Positions 25,143 through 34,565 of a DNA stretch of 58,690 bases are shown here, piece after piece. This DNA comes from Candidatus Acidiferrales bacterium (GTDB taxonomy: Archaea > Thermoproteota > Bathyarchaeia > 40CM-2-53-6). Below the pieces are notes generated by a model. It did no database searches, was not told the origin of the DNA, and worked only from the letters and a program-made list of their open reading frames with translations. Within the stretch, counting starts at the first letter, position 1. Each line of letters starts with the position of its first letter. Location: assembly GCA_035517955.1 (NCBI GenBank), contig DATIYC010000066.1, positions 1-58,690 of the forward strand. The letters are read 5' to 3'. The position numbers and the translations under genes are program-made.

Positions 25143-27323
25143 ATGAGTAGTCGAGAATCATCCTTGAGAGTAGCCGACGCCAGACAACGCGATGTTGGAC
25201 ACGGAAAAGTACGCATAGACAACGACACGATGCAGAAGCTAGGCATTACCGCAGGAGACTTCGTCGAAATCCACGGAAAGAAGATGACAGTAGCAGTTGC
25301 ATGGCCCGCCTATGCTGAAGACCAAGGACAAGAAATCATACGTATGGACGGACTCATTCGAAGAAACGCAGGAGTAGCCCTAAACGAATACGTTAGCGTA
25401 AGAAAAGCAGACGTCAAGGATGCACAGGCGATAATCTTCGCTCCCACAGACGTTCGCCTAAGCGTCGACGAAGAATTCGTAAGCTTCGTTAAACGTCGTT
25501 TCATGGACATGCCATTCATCGAGGGAGACATGACCCTCCTCTCGATCTTCGGAAGCGCTGTGCCACTAATCGTCACAAGGACACGACCACACGGCCCCGT
25601 CAAGATTACAGAAACAGCTCACGTGCAGGTTCTGAGCGAACCAACGCCCGAGAAGAAAGGGATCCCAATCGTTACTTACGAAGACATCGGCGGCCTTCAC
25701 GAAGAGATCCAAAGAATTCGGGAGATGGTCGAGCTACCACTGAGGCATCCAGAACTCTTCCAAAGGCTCGGGATCGAGCCCCCCAGAGGCGTATTCCTCT
25801 ATGGTCCCCCTGGATGCGGCAAAACGCTCCTAGCTAAAGCAGTAGCAAATGAGTCAGACGCGAACTTCTACGTCATCTCAGGCCCCGAGATAATGTCGAA
25901 GTTCTATGGCGAATCCGAAGCACGCTTGCGCGAAATATTCCAAAAGGCGCAAGAAACATCACCCAGCATCATATTCATCGACGAAATGGACGCCATAGCA
26001 CCAAAACGAGAAGAGGTGACAGGCGAAGTCGAACGACGCGTCGTCGCTCAGCTGCTATCACTCATGGACGGTATGGGCTCGCGCGGAAACATCATAGTCA
26101 TCGGAGCAACCAATCGCCCCAACGCAATAGACCCAGCTCTTAGACGACCAGGAAGATTTGATAGAGAAATAGAAATTGGCGTACCGGATAAGGCGGGAAG
26201 GTTTGAAGTTCTCCAAATTCACACACGAAACATGCCCCTAGCAGAAGACCTAGACCTCAAAAGACTATCCGACGTTACCCACGGGTACACGGGAGCGGAC
26301 ATCGCCTCCCTTTGCCGCGAAGCCGCAATGAAAGCGTTGAGACGGTACATACCGGAAATCAACCTTGAGGAAGAACGCATTCCACCAGAAACCTTGGAGA
26401 AGATGGTGGTCAAAATGGACGACTTCATGTCCGCCTACCGTGAAATCACACCAACAGCCATGCGAGAAGTCTACGTCGAAGTCCCACAAGTTCACTGGAC
26501 TGAGGTAGGTGGCCTGAAGGACGTCAAACAGGAACTCATGGAATCCGTCGAATGGCCACTCAAGAAACCTGAAGTATTCGTAAAGATGGGCATCAAACCG
26601 CCAAGAGGAGTACTGGTCTACGGACCACCGGGATGCGGTAAAACATTACTCGCACGGGCAGTAGCGACCGAAAGCGAAGCCAACTTCATTTCAATTAAAG
26701 GACCAGAAATATTCTCAAAATGGGTCGGAGAATCCGAAAAGGCGATCCGCGAAGTATTCAGAAAGGGACGAACTGCCGCCCCAGCCATAATCTTCTTCGA
26801 CGAACTCGACGCAATCGTGCCCAAGCGCGGCTTGGGTTACGCAGACTCCGGCGCGAGTGAACGCGTCATCAGTCAACTACTAACAGAGATCGACGGAATC
26901 GAAAGCCTTCAGAACGTCCTAGTAATCGCCGCCACCAACCGTCCCGACATTCTAGACCCAGCCGTCCTAAGACCCGGACGCTTCGACAGACTAATCTACG
27001 TACCAGCCCCCGACTTCGACTCGCTAAAGGAGATATTCAAAATCCACTCCCACGACATGCCACTCTCCAGAGACATAATCATCGACGAACTCGCCAGAAA
27101 AGCTCAAGGATACTCAGGTGCCGACATTGAAGCCATATGCCGCGAAGCAGCCATCACCGCCCTACGCGAAAACATAGATGCCACCGAAGTATCTAGACGT
27201 GACTTCGACATAGCCATGGAGCGAGTTGGCCCAAGCATCACCCCCGAAGACGACTCATGGTACCAGAAATTCGCTAAACGACTTAGAAGAGAACGAGCGG
27301 CAGCCCCAACACCAGTAGCATAA
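25143..27323 (+). CDS. cdc48: CDC48/VCP-type AAA+ ATPase (two AAA domains)
   Basis: 726 aa with an N-domain and two Walker A motifs ([11 protein letters not shown], twice). It also has two DE(M/L)DA Walker B motifs and SRH regions. Confidence 0.95.
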   Translation: MSSRESSLRVADARQRDVGHGKVRIDNDTMQKLGITAGDFVEIHGKKMTVAVAWPAYAEDQGQEIIRMDGLIRRNAGVALNEYVSVRKADVKDAQAIIFAPTDVRLSVDEEFVSFVKRRFMDMPFIEGDMTLLSIFGSAVPLIVTRTRPHGPVKITETAHVQVLSEPTPEKKGIPIVTYEDIGGLHEEIQRIREMVELPLRHPELFQRLGIEPPRGVFLYGPPGCGKTLLAKAVANESDANFYVISGPEIMSKFYGESEARLREIFQKAQETSPSIIFIDEMDAIAPKREEVTGEVERRVVAQLLSLMDGMGSRGNIIVIGATNRPNAIDPALRRPGRFDREIEIGVPDKAGRFEVLQIHTRNMPLAEDLDLKRLSDVTHGYTGADIASLCREAAMKALRRYIPEINLEEERIPPETLEKMVVKMDDFMSAYREITPTAMREVYVEVPQVHWTEVGGLKDVKQELMESVEWPLKKPEVFVKMGIKPPRGVLVYGPPGCGKTLLARAVATESEANFISIKGPEIFSKWVGESEKAIREVFRKGRTAAPAIIFFDELDAIVPKRGLGYADSGASERVISQLLTEIDGIESLQNVLVIAATNRPDILDPAVLRPGRFDRLIYVPAPDFDSLKEIFKIHSHDMPLSRDIIIDELARKAQGYSGADIEAICREAAITALRENIDATEVSRRDFDIAMERVGPSITPEDDSWYQKFAKRLRRERAAAPTPVA

Positions 27324-27343
27324 CCCAAACACGCGATGTTAGC

Positions 27344-27583
27344 ATGGAAAAAGTCTGGGGCCCCCGCCCCCTACAGCTCTTCGTCCTAGACCTCATAGAA
27401 CGCAAAGGTCCACTAACCGACGACGAACTACTACGAGAAATAAAAAACGGAAAGGAAGAGCTCAGCTTCCGCGAACTCAACCGAATCTTACTCAAACTTG
27501 AAGTAAACGGCCTAGTTAGAGTCTCACGCCAAATGAAAGGAAAAAGACGAGTAGAGATCGCGGAACAACGTACGATTCGCTAA
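27344..27583 (+). CDS. Small winged-helix-like protein, hypothetical
   Basis: 79 aa. LDLIERKGPLTDDELL...LLKLEVNGLV resembles a wHTH. It lies 20 nt downstream of cdc48. Confidence 0.45.
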   Translation: MEKVWGPRPLQLFVLDLIERKGPLTDDELLREIKNGKEELSFRELNRILLKLEVNGLVRVSRQMKGKRRVEIAEQRTIR

Positions 27584-27647
27584 GAACGCTATCCATCCGG
27601 TAGGTTCAGATTCACCGACTCCCTAGTCTCGAATCAAGAAGAGAAAA

Positions 27648-28877
27648 TTGCCGCCTACATCAGTAGACGTAGCCGTCGTCGGGTGCGGCGTTAGCGGCGC
27701 AACAGCTGGACTTGCCGCAACCCGGAGTGGAGCGACCGTCTCAGTTTTCGAGGAACACCCCGAAATCGGTATACCATCACATTGCTCCGGCCACGTTGGC
27801 ATCCAAGCCTTCAAAGAATTCAGCCCCTCAATCCCCTCCGATATAATTGAGAACAAGATCAAAGGCGCAGTGCTGCACCCCCCCTCCGCCAACCCCTTGA
27901 CATTGTCCAGATCATCCCCAGTAACCTGGGTCCTGAACCGCGCGAAATTCGACGCCCACCTCGCAGAATTGGCAAGCAAGAATGGTGCTAACATACAACT
28001 CAACTCCCGCATCGACAATTATAGACGCGAAGACGAAAGAATAAAACTCAGGATTTCCGGAGCGCAACAATTTGACGTTACGTGCCGTGTCCTAATTGAC
28101 GCTAGTGGATGCGCGGCCTCGATTGGAAAGTATGCCGGCCTCCCAAGACAAGGCAGAAAACTACTGGTGAACTCGGCTCAGTTCAGCGTCGAGAACTTGA
28201 AAGATGTTGACGAGGATTACGTGGAGGTTTATTTCGGTCAGCGGTTTGCTCCAGGCTTTTTCGGCTGGATTATTCCAAGGCGTGACGGGACGGCGAAGGT
28301 GGGGATAGCAGCAGGCGCGAGAACAAACGTTAGACACTGTTTTGAAAAATTCATTCGAAAACATCCCGTAGTCTCAGCGAAGATGAGACAAGCGAGACAG
28401 TTCTCTCCTATCGTGTTTCATCCTATACCGGTGGGAGGAGCAGCGAGTCGCACGTATGCCGATGGTTTGCTCGCTGTGGGTGACGCAGCTTCGCAGGTGA
28501 AGGCAACGACAGGCGGAGGCATCGTCTTTAGCTTACTCTGTGGGAAACTTGCGGGCGAAACAGCCGCCAACGCAGCAAAGGAAAGTAATGTTTCCGCTGC
28601 GAGGATGAGAAATTACGAGGATTCCTGGCGGCGAATGATTGGCTTCGACTTACGAACAATGTCCTGGTTACGTCGACTACTTTACAACCTTCCTGACAGA
28701 AATCTTGACAGGATCTTCACCATAGCAAATGAGTTGAACGTTGATCAGGTTCTGAACAGAACGGCAGACATCGATTTCCAGGGAAGAACGATACTATCCA
28801 TGGCACGTGACCCACGCATATTCTTCACTCTGCTATCGGCGTCCGTTCTCTCGGTTCCCTCACTGATTCGAACCTAG
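27648..28877 (+). CDS. Geranylgeranyl-reductase-family FAD-dependent oxidoreductase
   Basis: 409 aa with DVAVVGCGVSGATAG (a dinucleotide fold), PEIGIPSHCSG and GDAA motifs. Confidence 0.8.
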   Translation: MPPTSVDVAVVGCGVSGATAGLAATRSGATVSVFEEHPEIGIPSHCSGHVGIQAFKEFSPSIPSDIIENKIKGAVLHPPSANPLTLSRSSPVTWVLNRAKFDAHLAELASKNGANIQLNSRIDNYRREDERIKLRISGAQQFDVTCRVLIDASGCAASIGKYAGLPRQGRKLLVNSAQFSVENLKDVDEDYVEVYFGQRFAPGFFGWIIPRRDGTAKVGIAAGARTNVRHCFEKFIRKHPVVSAKMRQARQFSPIVFHPIPVGGAASRTYADGLLAVGDAASQVKATTGGGIVFSLLCGKLAGETAANAAKESNVSAARMRNYEDSWRRMIGFDLRTMSWLRRLLYNLPDRNLDRIFTIANELNVDQVLNRTADIDFQGRTILSMARDPRIFFTLLSASVLSVPSLIRT

Positions 28878-28924
28878 TGAAGAACTAGACACAGTGTTGC
28901 CGGAAGAATCCACTCGTGTTTCGC

Positions 28925-29902
28925 TTAGGATTTGCCTGACTGTTTCATTGCATCCGTTAATGCTGGAATCATCTCATACAGGTCAGCAACTACATTGTAG
29001 TCACTAAATTCGAATATAGGCGCCTTAGGATCATTGTTTACTGCGACGATCACGCGGCTTCCCCTGATGCCTGTAAGATGCTGAATTTGCCCAGAGATGC
29101 CGAGCGCGAAGTACAGCTTTGGGTTCACCTTCTGCCCTGATAAGCCGATGTATTGATCCTCAGGGAGCCACCTCAAATCCTCTGCAATGGGCCTTGAGCA
29201 GCCGATCACTCCGCCTACGTTTTTGGCAAACTGCTCAATCAGGGCCATGTCCTCCTTCTTTCTCACCCCACGCCCGAATGAAACTATTATTGACGCGTCG
29301 CTTAACTTCACGCCTTTTGCCGGCTTGGGTTTTGTTTCGATGAGTTTCGTGCTTGGAGGCTTGAATTTCGGGACCACCGCAATGACCTCACCCTTTCGAG
29401 ATGTATCTGCTGGAAGTTGTGAGAACAGTCCTTTGGGAATAGTAGCGATTAGTGGTTTCGCTTTCGAAGTCTGGGTCTCGGTCAAGTTACCGCCCATAGT
29501 TACCCGCTGCACTAGCAATGTCTTCTTGTCAGCGTCAAGCTCAAGCTTGGTCGCTTCGGTAACGCACCCAGTCTTGAGTCGCTCGGCTAAACGAGGGGCG
29601 AACTCTAACCCGTTTCGTGTAGCTCCGATTAAGATTGCGTCAGGTTTACGTTCGGTTGCTAAGTTAGCAAGGGTGTCGGTGTATACGTCTACTTGGAATT
29701 GGTTCAACGCTTGATCTGAGATTGCGAGGACTTTGTCTGCCCCCTGATGAACTAGTTTCTGCGCCTCTTCGCCCGAGGCTTTAGAAATTGCGACCAATTC
29801 AGCTCCACTATTGTTAGCTAGCTCTCTGCCTTTGCCGAGCAATTCGAGAAGGAGTTGAGGGGATTCAGAGAATACCCAGATTCCCTTGGCTTCTTGCGCC
29901 AT
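28925..29902 (-). CDS. etfA: Electron transfer flavoprotein alpha subunit
   Basis: 325 aa. The C-terminal FAD motif is YFALGISGQIQHLTG...VIVAVNNDPKAPIF. Confidence 0.9.
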   Translation of the reverse strand: MAQEAKGIWVFSESPQLLLELLGKGRELANNSGAELVAISKASGEEAQKLVHQGADKVLAISDQALNQFQVDVYTDTLANLATERKPDAILIGATRNGLEFAPRLAERLKTGCVTEATKLELDADKKTLLVQRVTMGGNLTETQTSKAKPLIATIPKGLFSQLPADTSRKGEVIAVVPKFKPPSTKLIETKPKPAKGVKLSDASIIVSFGRGVRKKEDMALIEQFAKNVGGVIGCSRPIAEDLRWLPEDQYIGLSGQKVNPKLYFALGISGQIQHLTGIRGSRVIVAVNNDPKAPIFEFSDYNVVADLYEMIPALTDAMKQSGKS

Positions 29903-29904
29903 CT

Positions 29905-30702
29905 TTAGTGCCCCTTCAAAACTCCTTCCTGTGCAAGCAGTGTAGCAAGTTTAGGAGCTATCTCCTTAGCCTGTCCTTGAAGCATCACTCTTTTTCGTTC
30001 TCCGACAGATACCGTGCTTCTGAGGATTTCGATTAATGATCCGTTGAAGCCTATCTCGTCAGCGGTGAGGTTCAGGTCGGCAGCGGTCCAAGTCTTCGTC
30101 GGTTTCTTCGACGCGGCCATAATAGCCATGAGGGTGGGAAGGCGAGGTTCATTGATCTCTCTTCCAACCGTAACTAAGCAAGGAAGCTTGCTTTCAACGG
30201 TCTGCCTCTCATCCTCCAGGTCTCTTTCCACTATTACCTTACCCGTCTCAAGGGACAGTTTGGCGGCATACGTTATCTGGGGTAAGTTGCAGATCTCGGC
30301 GATTCGTGGCCCAACTTGAAATGCAAAGGCATCTTCAGAGTATGCGCCGCAGAGGATTAGGTCATAGTCTAAGATCTTTGTAATTGCTGCAGCGAGTACG
30401 TTCGCGGTTGCGTGGGCATCTGAACCGTCGAACTGTGGATCGGTGATTAGGCAGGCCTCGTCAACGCCCATGGCAAGAGCTTCTCGCAAAGCCTCTTTTC
30501 CTTCTGGTGGCCCCATGCTTATTGCAGTAATCTTTCCACCATTCTTCTCTTTGATTCTAACAGCTTCCTCAATCGCGTTTTTGTCAGTTTCACTGATAAC
30601 CCTCGGCACACCTTGAGTTATGATACTCTTAGTGCTGCGGTCCACTTTCAGATCCGCGGTTTGAAGCACTTGTTTGACAAGTACAATTATGTTTGCCATC
30701 AC
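29905..30702 (-). CDS. etfB: Electron transfer flavoprotein beta subunit
   Basis: 265 aa with NIIVLVKQV, N..D.NAIEEA..IKE and DLILCG. It lies 2 nt upstream of etfA. Confidence 0.9.
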   Translation of the reverse strand: MMANIIVLVKQVLQTADLKVDRSTKSIITQGVPRVISETDKNAIEEAVRIKEKNGGKITAISMGPPEGKEALREALAMGVDEACLITDPQFDGSDAHATANVLAAAITKILDYDLILCGAYSEDAFAFQVGPRIAEICNLPQITYAAKLSLETGKVIVERDLEDERQTVESKLPCLVTVGREINEPRLPTLMAIMAASKKPTKTWTAADLNLTADEIGFNGSLIEILRSTVSVGERKRVMLQGQAKEIAPKLATLLAQEGVLKGH

Positions 30703-30752
30703 TCATCCCGGGAGAGTTCTTAGCTCAAACGCGCTATGCAATTAATACGTTA

Positions 30753-32768
30753 CTAGGCTTCAATCTGGTCTGCTACGAGTTCGGAAATGTCACGAACTGT
30801 TACCGCGTCCTTTGTTCCAGCCGAGACGCTGGCATCCTCAAGCATGGATGTGCAGAATGGGCATGCTGTAGCGATTATATTGGCTCCCGTTTGCTGAGCT
30901 TCTTCGAGGCGAATTGCATCCACTCTCTTCTTTTTCTCAACCTTGTACCAGAAGTTTGCACCCCCGGCCCCGCAGCAGAAGCTGTTTTCGCGGGAACGCG
31001 GCATTTCCCTTAGTTCCATACTTCCTAAGGAGGAAATTATGTTTCTGGGAGAATCAATTACTCCGTTGTAACGGGCCAAGTAGCAAGGGTCATGAAACGT
31101 TGCCAGCCCCTTTGATTGAGCTTTGAGTTTTAGTTTTCCAGTCGTCATCAATTGTTCTATGAATTGCGTGTGATGAACCACTGTGAAGTCACCCCCAAAT
31201 TCCGGGTATTCGTTTTTGAAAGTGTTGTAGCAGTGTGGGCATTGGGTGAGGACAGTTTTCACGTTATACTTCTTGAAGACCTCTACTAGTTCCAGTGCGC
31301 TCTGCTGGAAACGCCCTTCTTCTCCCAACCGCCTGGCTACTTCACAGTTACATTTCTCCTCCGTCCCTAGAACTGCGAAACTGACGTTTGCGGCCTTGAG
31401 GATTTTAGCGATGGCTCGTGATACGTTCTGGTTTCGAGGATCGTAGGAGCCGGAACATCCAACCCAGTATAAGACCTCAAAGTTAGGTTGTTGTTGGGCG
31501 GTTTTGACGTCTAGTCCTTCTGCCCACTTCATTCGATCGGCCTGGGGGAGTCCGTATGGGTTTGAAACATTGTTCAAATTGTTCAGCAGATCCCTTTTGC
31601 CTCTGTCGAGTTTTCCTTCGGCGATCAAGTGTCTTCTCATATCAACGATCGAGTCTACGTGGTCGATTAGGACGGGACACTCGTTAACGCATGCCCTGCA
31701 CGTGGTGCAAGCCCAAAGCTCCTCTGGATTGACAATGTCGGGGATTACGAGGCTTCCTCCATCAGCGTGACTTTGAGCCAACATCACGTTTCTCAATTTC
31801 AGTATCAGGTGCATTGGTGAAAGAAGTGTGCCAGCGGCCGTAGCTGGGCACGCGTTTGTGCACCGTCCGCATTGAGTACATGAGTCGAAAGATAATCGTT
31901 GTTGCCAGGAGAAATCACCAATGGTTGCGGCTCCGACCTTAACATCGAAACTTCCAGTAGCCAAAACTTGCCTTAGGTCGAAAGGCGTGCTCAATTGCCC
32001 TTTGGGTCTCTGATGTGCAAAGAGCGCGTTTAGTGGTGAGGTGAATAGGTGGAAGAGTTTCGTGTATGGTATGCTTGCCACTCCAATGAAAGCCAGTAGA
32101 GCGTGGAACCACCATAAGTACTGATAAAACGTAACAGTCCCGGGTCCGACCAGGCCTTGGCTGGTTAGGTAGAGCGCGACTCGGTATCCGACGAAAGACC
32201 ATGGAGCCCATGGCGGCTTATCAACAGCTAACCTGATACCCTCCAGTAAATAGCCCGTAGGCAAAATGATGAGCAGAATTGTGAAGATGAAAACGTCATC
32301 GCGAGAGGTTGGAAGATTCGATGGACGCGAAATCGCCCTTCTGACTAGAGCAATGATGAGTCCGGCTATAGCCACCAAGCCGAAAGCGTCCAGGAAAAAC
32401 TCGAAGGACAAGTAGAAATTCCCGATCAGAAACTGGTGATGGAAGAGAGGCTGCCAGAAGTCATTATCCGTCATTACGAGAGTTGTTCCAATAAAGAGCA
32501 CTAGTATGCCGCTGTAGATCAGCAGATGCATGATACCGGGATAAGTCTTCTTTACAACCTTTCGCTGCGCAAAGGCGTTAACAACCGCTCTCCTAACCCG
32601 CTCCTGAATTTGGTCGAATTTTGGTGGTGCCGATCCGCGGAAGTAGACTCTTAAGCGCCTGTAGAAGCCATAAACGAATGCGACTGCGAAACCGGACATG
32701 ATTGCGTACATGAAAAGGTATGTTAGCGGAGGCATGAGGTCGTAGGTTATGCGGTGCGGCTCGGACAA
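30753..32768 (-). CDS. Membrane-bound FeS oxidoreductase: NarI/HdrE-like TM domain fused to an HdrD/GlpC-like 2x[4Fe-4S] + 2xCCG domain
   Basis: 671 aa with an N-terminus of about 6 TM helices. Cluster motifs are CTQCGRCTNACP and CTTCRACVNECP. The cysteine-rich CCG-type motifs are CPHCYNTF, CCGAGG and CPFC. Confidence 0.8.
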   Translation of the reverse strand: MSEPHRITYDLMPPLTYLFMYAIMSGFAVAFVYGFYRRLRVYFRGSAPPKFDQIQERVRRAVVNAFAQRKVVKKTYPGIMHLLIYSGILVLFIGTTLVMTDNDFWQPLFHHQFLIGNFYLSFEFFLDAFGLVAIAGLIIALVRRAISRPSNLPTSRDDVFIFTILLIILPTGYLLEGIRLAVDKPPWAPWSFVGYRVALYLTSQGLVGPGTVTFYQYLWWFHALLAFIGVASIPYTKLFHLFTSPLNALFAHQRPKGQLSTPFDLRQVLATGSFDVKVGAATIGDFSWQQRLSFDSCTQCGRCTNACPATAAGTLLSPMHLILKLRNVMLAQSHADGGSLVIPDIVNPEELWACTTCRACVNECPVLIDHVDSIVDMRRHLIAEGKLDRGKRDLLNNLNNVSNPYGLPQADRMKWAEGLDVKTAQQQPNFEVLYWVGCSGSYDPRNQNVSRAIAKILKAANVSFAVLGTEEKCNCEVARRLGEEGRFQQSALELVEVFKKYNVKTVLTQCPHCYNTFKNEYPEFGGDFTVVHHTQFIEQLMTTGKLKLKAQSKGLATFHDPCYLARYNGVIDSPRNIISSLGSMELREMPRSRENSFCCGAGGANFWYKVEKKKRVDAIRLEEAQQTGANIIATACPFCTSMLEDASVSAGTKDAVTVRDISELVADQIEA

Positions 32769-32932
32769 CTCACATCTATTACCCTCGCTCTCTGGGCATG
32801 CTAAAAGAGGTTTTCGCGCTTACTGTATGCATAGCAATTGAATCTCTTTTGCGTCAGTCCCTAACTATTCGGATACCGACATGGAGCAGGAAATGTAACC
32901 TATCAGAGTTATTCAATACGGTCTGTGATCCG

Positions 32933-34288
32933 TTATGATGAAGACCTTGGAGCGGACGCTTGTCGTTTCACGAATTTCTCTATCGTCTCGGCTAGATGAT
33001 CCACATCGGCGTCGGTGTGCGCATAGCTTATGGAGCCATGCAGCATTTCTGGAACAACCATTAGGATTCCGTTCTCAAGGAAGAAGCCGAAAATCCGTTT
33101 TGATTCTTCGTGGTCACTGTATGCGAAAGATCTCACATCGCGAATTGGCTTCTTCGACGTGGTGTGAATGCCAAAGAGTGATCCAATTCCGGAGGTTTGA
33201 GCAGGGAAATCGTAACGGTTGAAAATGCCGTTTATCGCTCTTCGCGTCTTCTCGCCAAGTTTGTTAACGTGTTGGTAAACGGGTGTTTGCTCCAGCACGT
33301 TGATTGTGGCTATTCCCGCCGCTAATGTGATCGCGTTACCTGCGAATGTGCCCCCGTGGTATGCATACTCTGTTCCGGAGTATTTTGTGTGATCCATTCT
33401 GTTCATTATTTCCTGGTTGCCTGCGACAAGGCCGATTGGGAGACCGCCACCAATGATTTTGCCCATGACCGTTACATCGGATTTTACGCCGTAATGCTCC
33501 TGCGCGCCCCCTAGTCCCAATCTGAAACCTGTAATGACTTCATCAAAAATCAGTTGTGCGCCCGATTCGTCACAGTACTCTCTTAACCCTCTAAGGAACT
33601 CTCTCTCCGCGGGAATCATTCCTCCGGCTCCCATAACGGGCTCAAGGATTACGCAGGCTAATGATTCACCCTTAACTCGGCTTAAGAATGCGTCGAGATC
33701 GTTGTATTGGGCGACGATTGTGTCTGCTTGGGAAGATCTCGGTATTCCACCCGAGAGTGGTTTGTTGAACGGTGGTCTAATGTCAAGATGTACCGGGTCA
33801 TAGGCGCCGTGCCAACACCCTTCAAACTTCGCGATTTTATCTCGTTTCGTGAACGTTCTAGCTAAGCGAATAGCGTAGAAGTTAGCCTCACTTCCGGAAC
33901 TCGTGTAACGAAATAACTCTGCGCTGGGTACATGTTTTCTTATTGTTTCAGCGAGTTCTATCTCCAACTTGTGTGCTAGTCCGAAGTGCCACCCTTTTTC
34001 AGCTTGGGATTTGATTGCTTGCATTACAACTGGATTGGCATGGCCAAGTATCATCGCGAAGTGAGTGCACCAATAATCAGTGTACTCATTATCGTCGATA
34101 TCGATTAGTTTCGCGCCACGGGCTTCCTTAACGAAGAAAGGGTATGGTTCAAAGTGCCTAAATCTGTAAGAGACCCCTGCGGGCTCGATTTTTCTTGCGC
34201 GCTCAAACATTAGATTGGAGAGTTTGGTACGCCTTACATATTCGCTACCGGCATGCACTTCCGCCATGAGCACACACGAACAACCCAC
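32933..34288 (-). CDS. Class III aminotransferase, glutamate-1-semialdehyde aminomutase-like
   Basis: 451 aa with SGSEAN, FDEVITGFR and GK.IGGG.P motifs. An alternative start lies at 34267. Confidence 0.8.
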   Translation of the reverse strand: MGCSCVLMAEVHAGSEYVRRTKLSNLMFERARKIEPAGVSYRFRHFEPYPFFVKEARGAKLIDIDDNEYTDYWCTHFAMILGHANPVVMQAIKSQAEKGWHFGLAHKLEIELAETIRKHVPSAELFRYTSSGSEANFYAIRLARTFTKRDKIAKFEGCWHGAYDPVHLDIRPPFNKPLSGGIPRSSQADTIVAQYNDLDAFLSRVKGESLACVILEPVMGAGGMIPAEREFLRGLREYCDESGAQLIFDEVITGFRLGLGGAQEHYGVKSDVTVMGKIIGGGLPIGLVAGNQEIMNRMDHTKYSGTEYAYHGGTFAGNAITLAAGIATINVLEQTPVYQHVNKLGEKTRRAINGIFNRYDFPAQTSGIGSLFGIHTTSKKPIRDVRSFAYSDHEESKRIFGFFLENGILMVVPEMLHGSISYAHTDADVDHLAETIEKFVKRQASAPRSSS

Positions 34289-34434
34289 TTGCAGAACCCA
34301 ATTTCAGGTTTTCCAATGCTTTCCATAACCTTGCTTGGACTTTGTAATTATCCTCCAGCAATTCCTCTTCAATTTGGCAAGTATGACAGCGAAATATCAA
34401 AATGAAAAAACGGTTCTCTCCAACTTGATGACGG

Positions 34435-34551
34435 TTGCCATTTGCATCAGCGTACATAAAGTGCGGTTATTGTTCTCAGATTATACCTCGTGAGAGCCCC
34501 TATTGTCCTTACTGCCAAAAGAAATTTCTTTTTAGAGGCCTCGGACTCTAA
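34435..34551 (+). CDS. Possible 38-aa zinc-ribbon micro-protein (below the ORF-track cutoff)
   Basis: A TTG-initiated ORF reads ...IKCGYCSQIIPRESPYCPYCQKKF... (CxxC-N10-CxxC) and ends at TAA 34549-34551. It sits in a 277-nt gap with no credible ORF. Confidence 0.3.
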   Translation: MPFASAYIKCGYCSQIIPRESPYCPYCQKKFLFRGLGL

Positions 34552-34565
34552 CCCACCCTCGCGAT

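Noticed and set aside
29187-29714. 175-aa ORF antisense to etfA, and similar long antisense ORFs (1925-2356, 11840-12208, 27623-28018, 51734-52165, 55367-55807)
   Set aside because: Each lies fully inside a strongly supported CDS on the other strand. Each has the Ser/Arg/Ala/Pro-rich composition typical of shadow frames in roughly 50% GC DNA.
34245-34457. 70-aa minus-strand ORF in the gap between the aminotransferase and beta-CASP-like genes
   Set aside because: It has no motifs and overlaps the aminotransferase 5' end. The + strand zinc-ribbon micro-ORF is the more plausible occupant of this gap.
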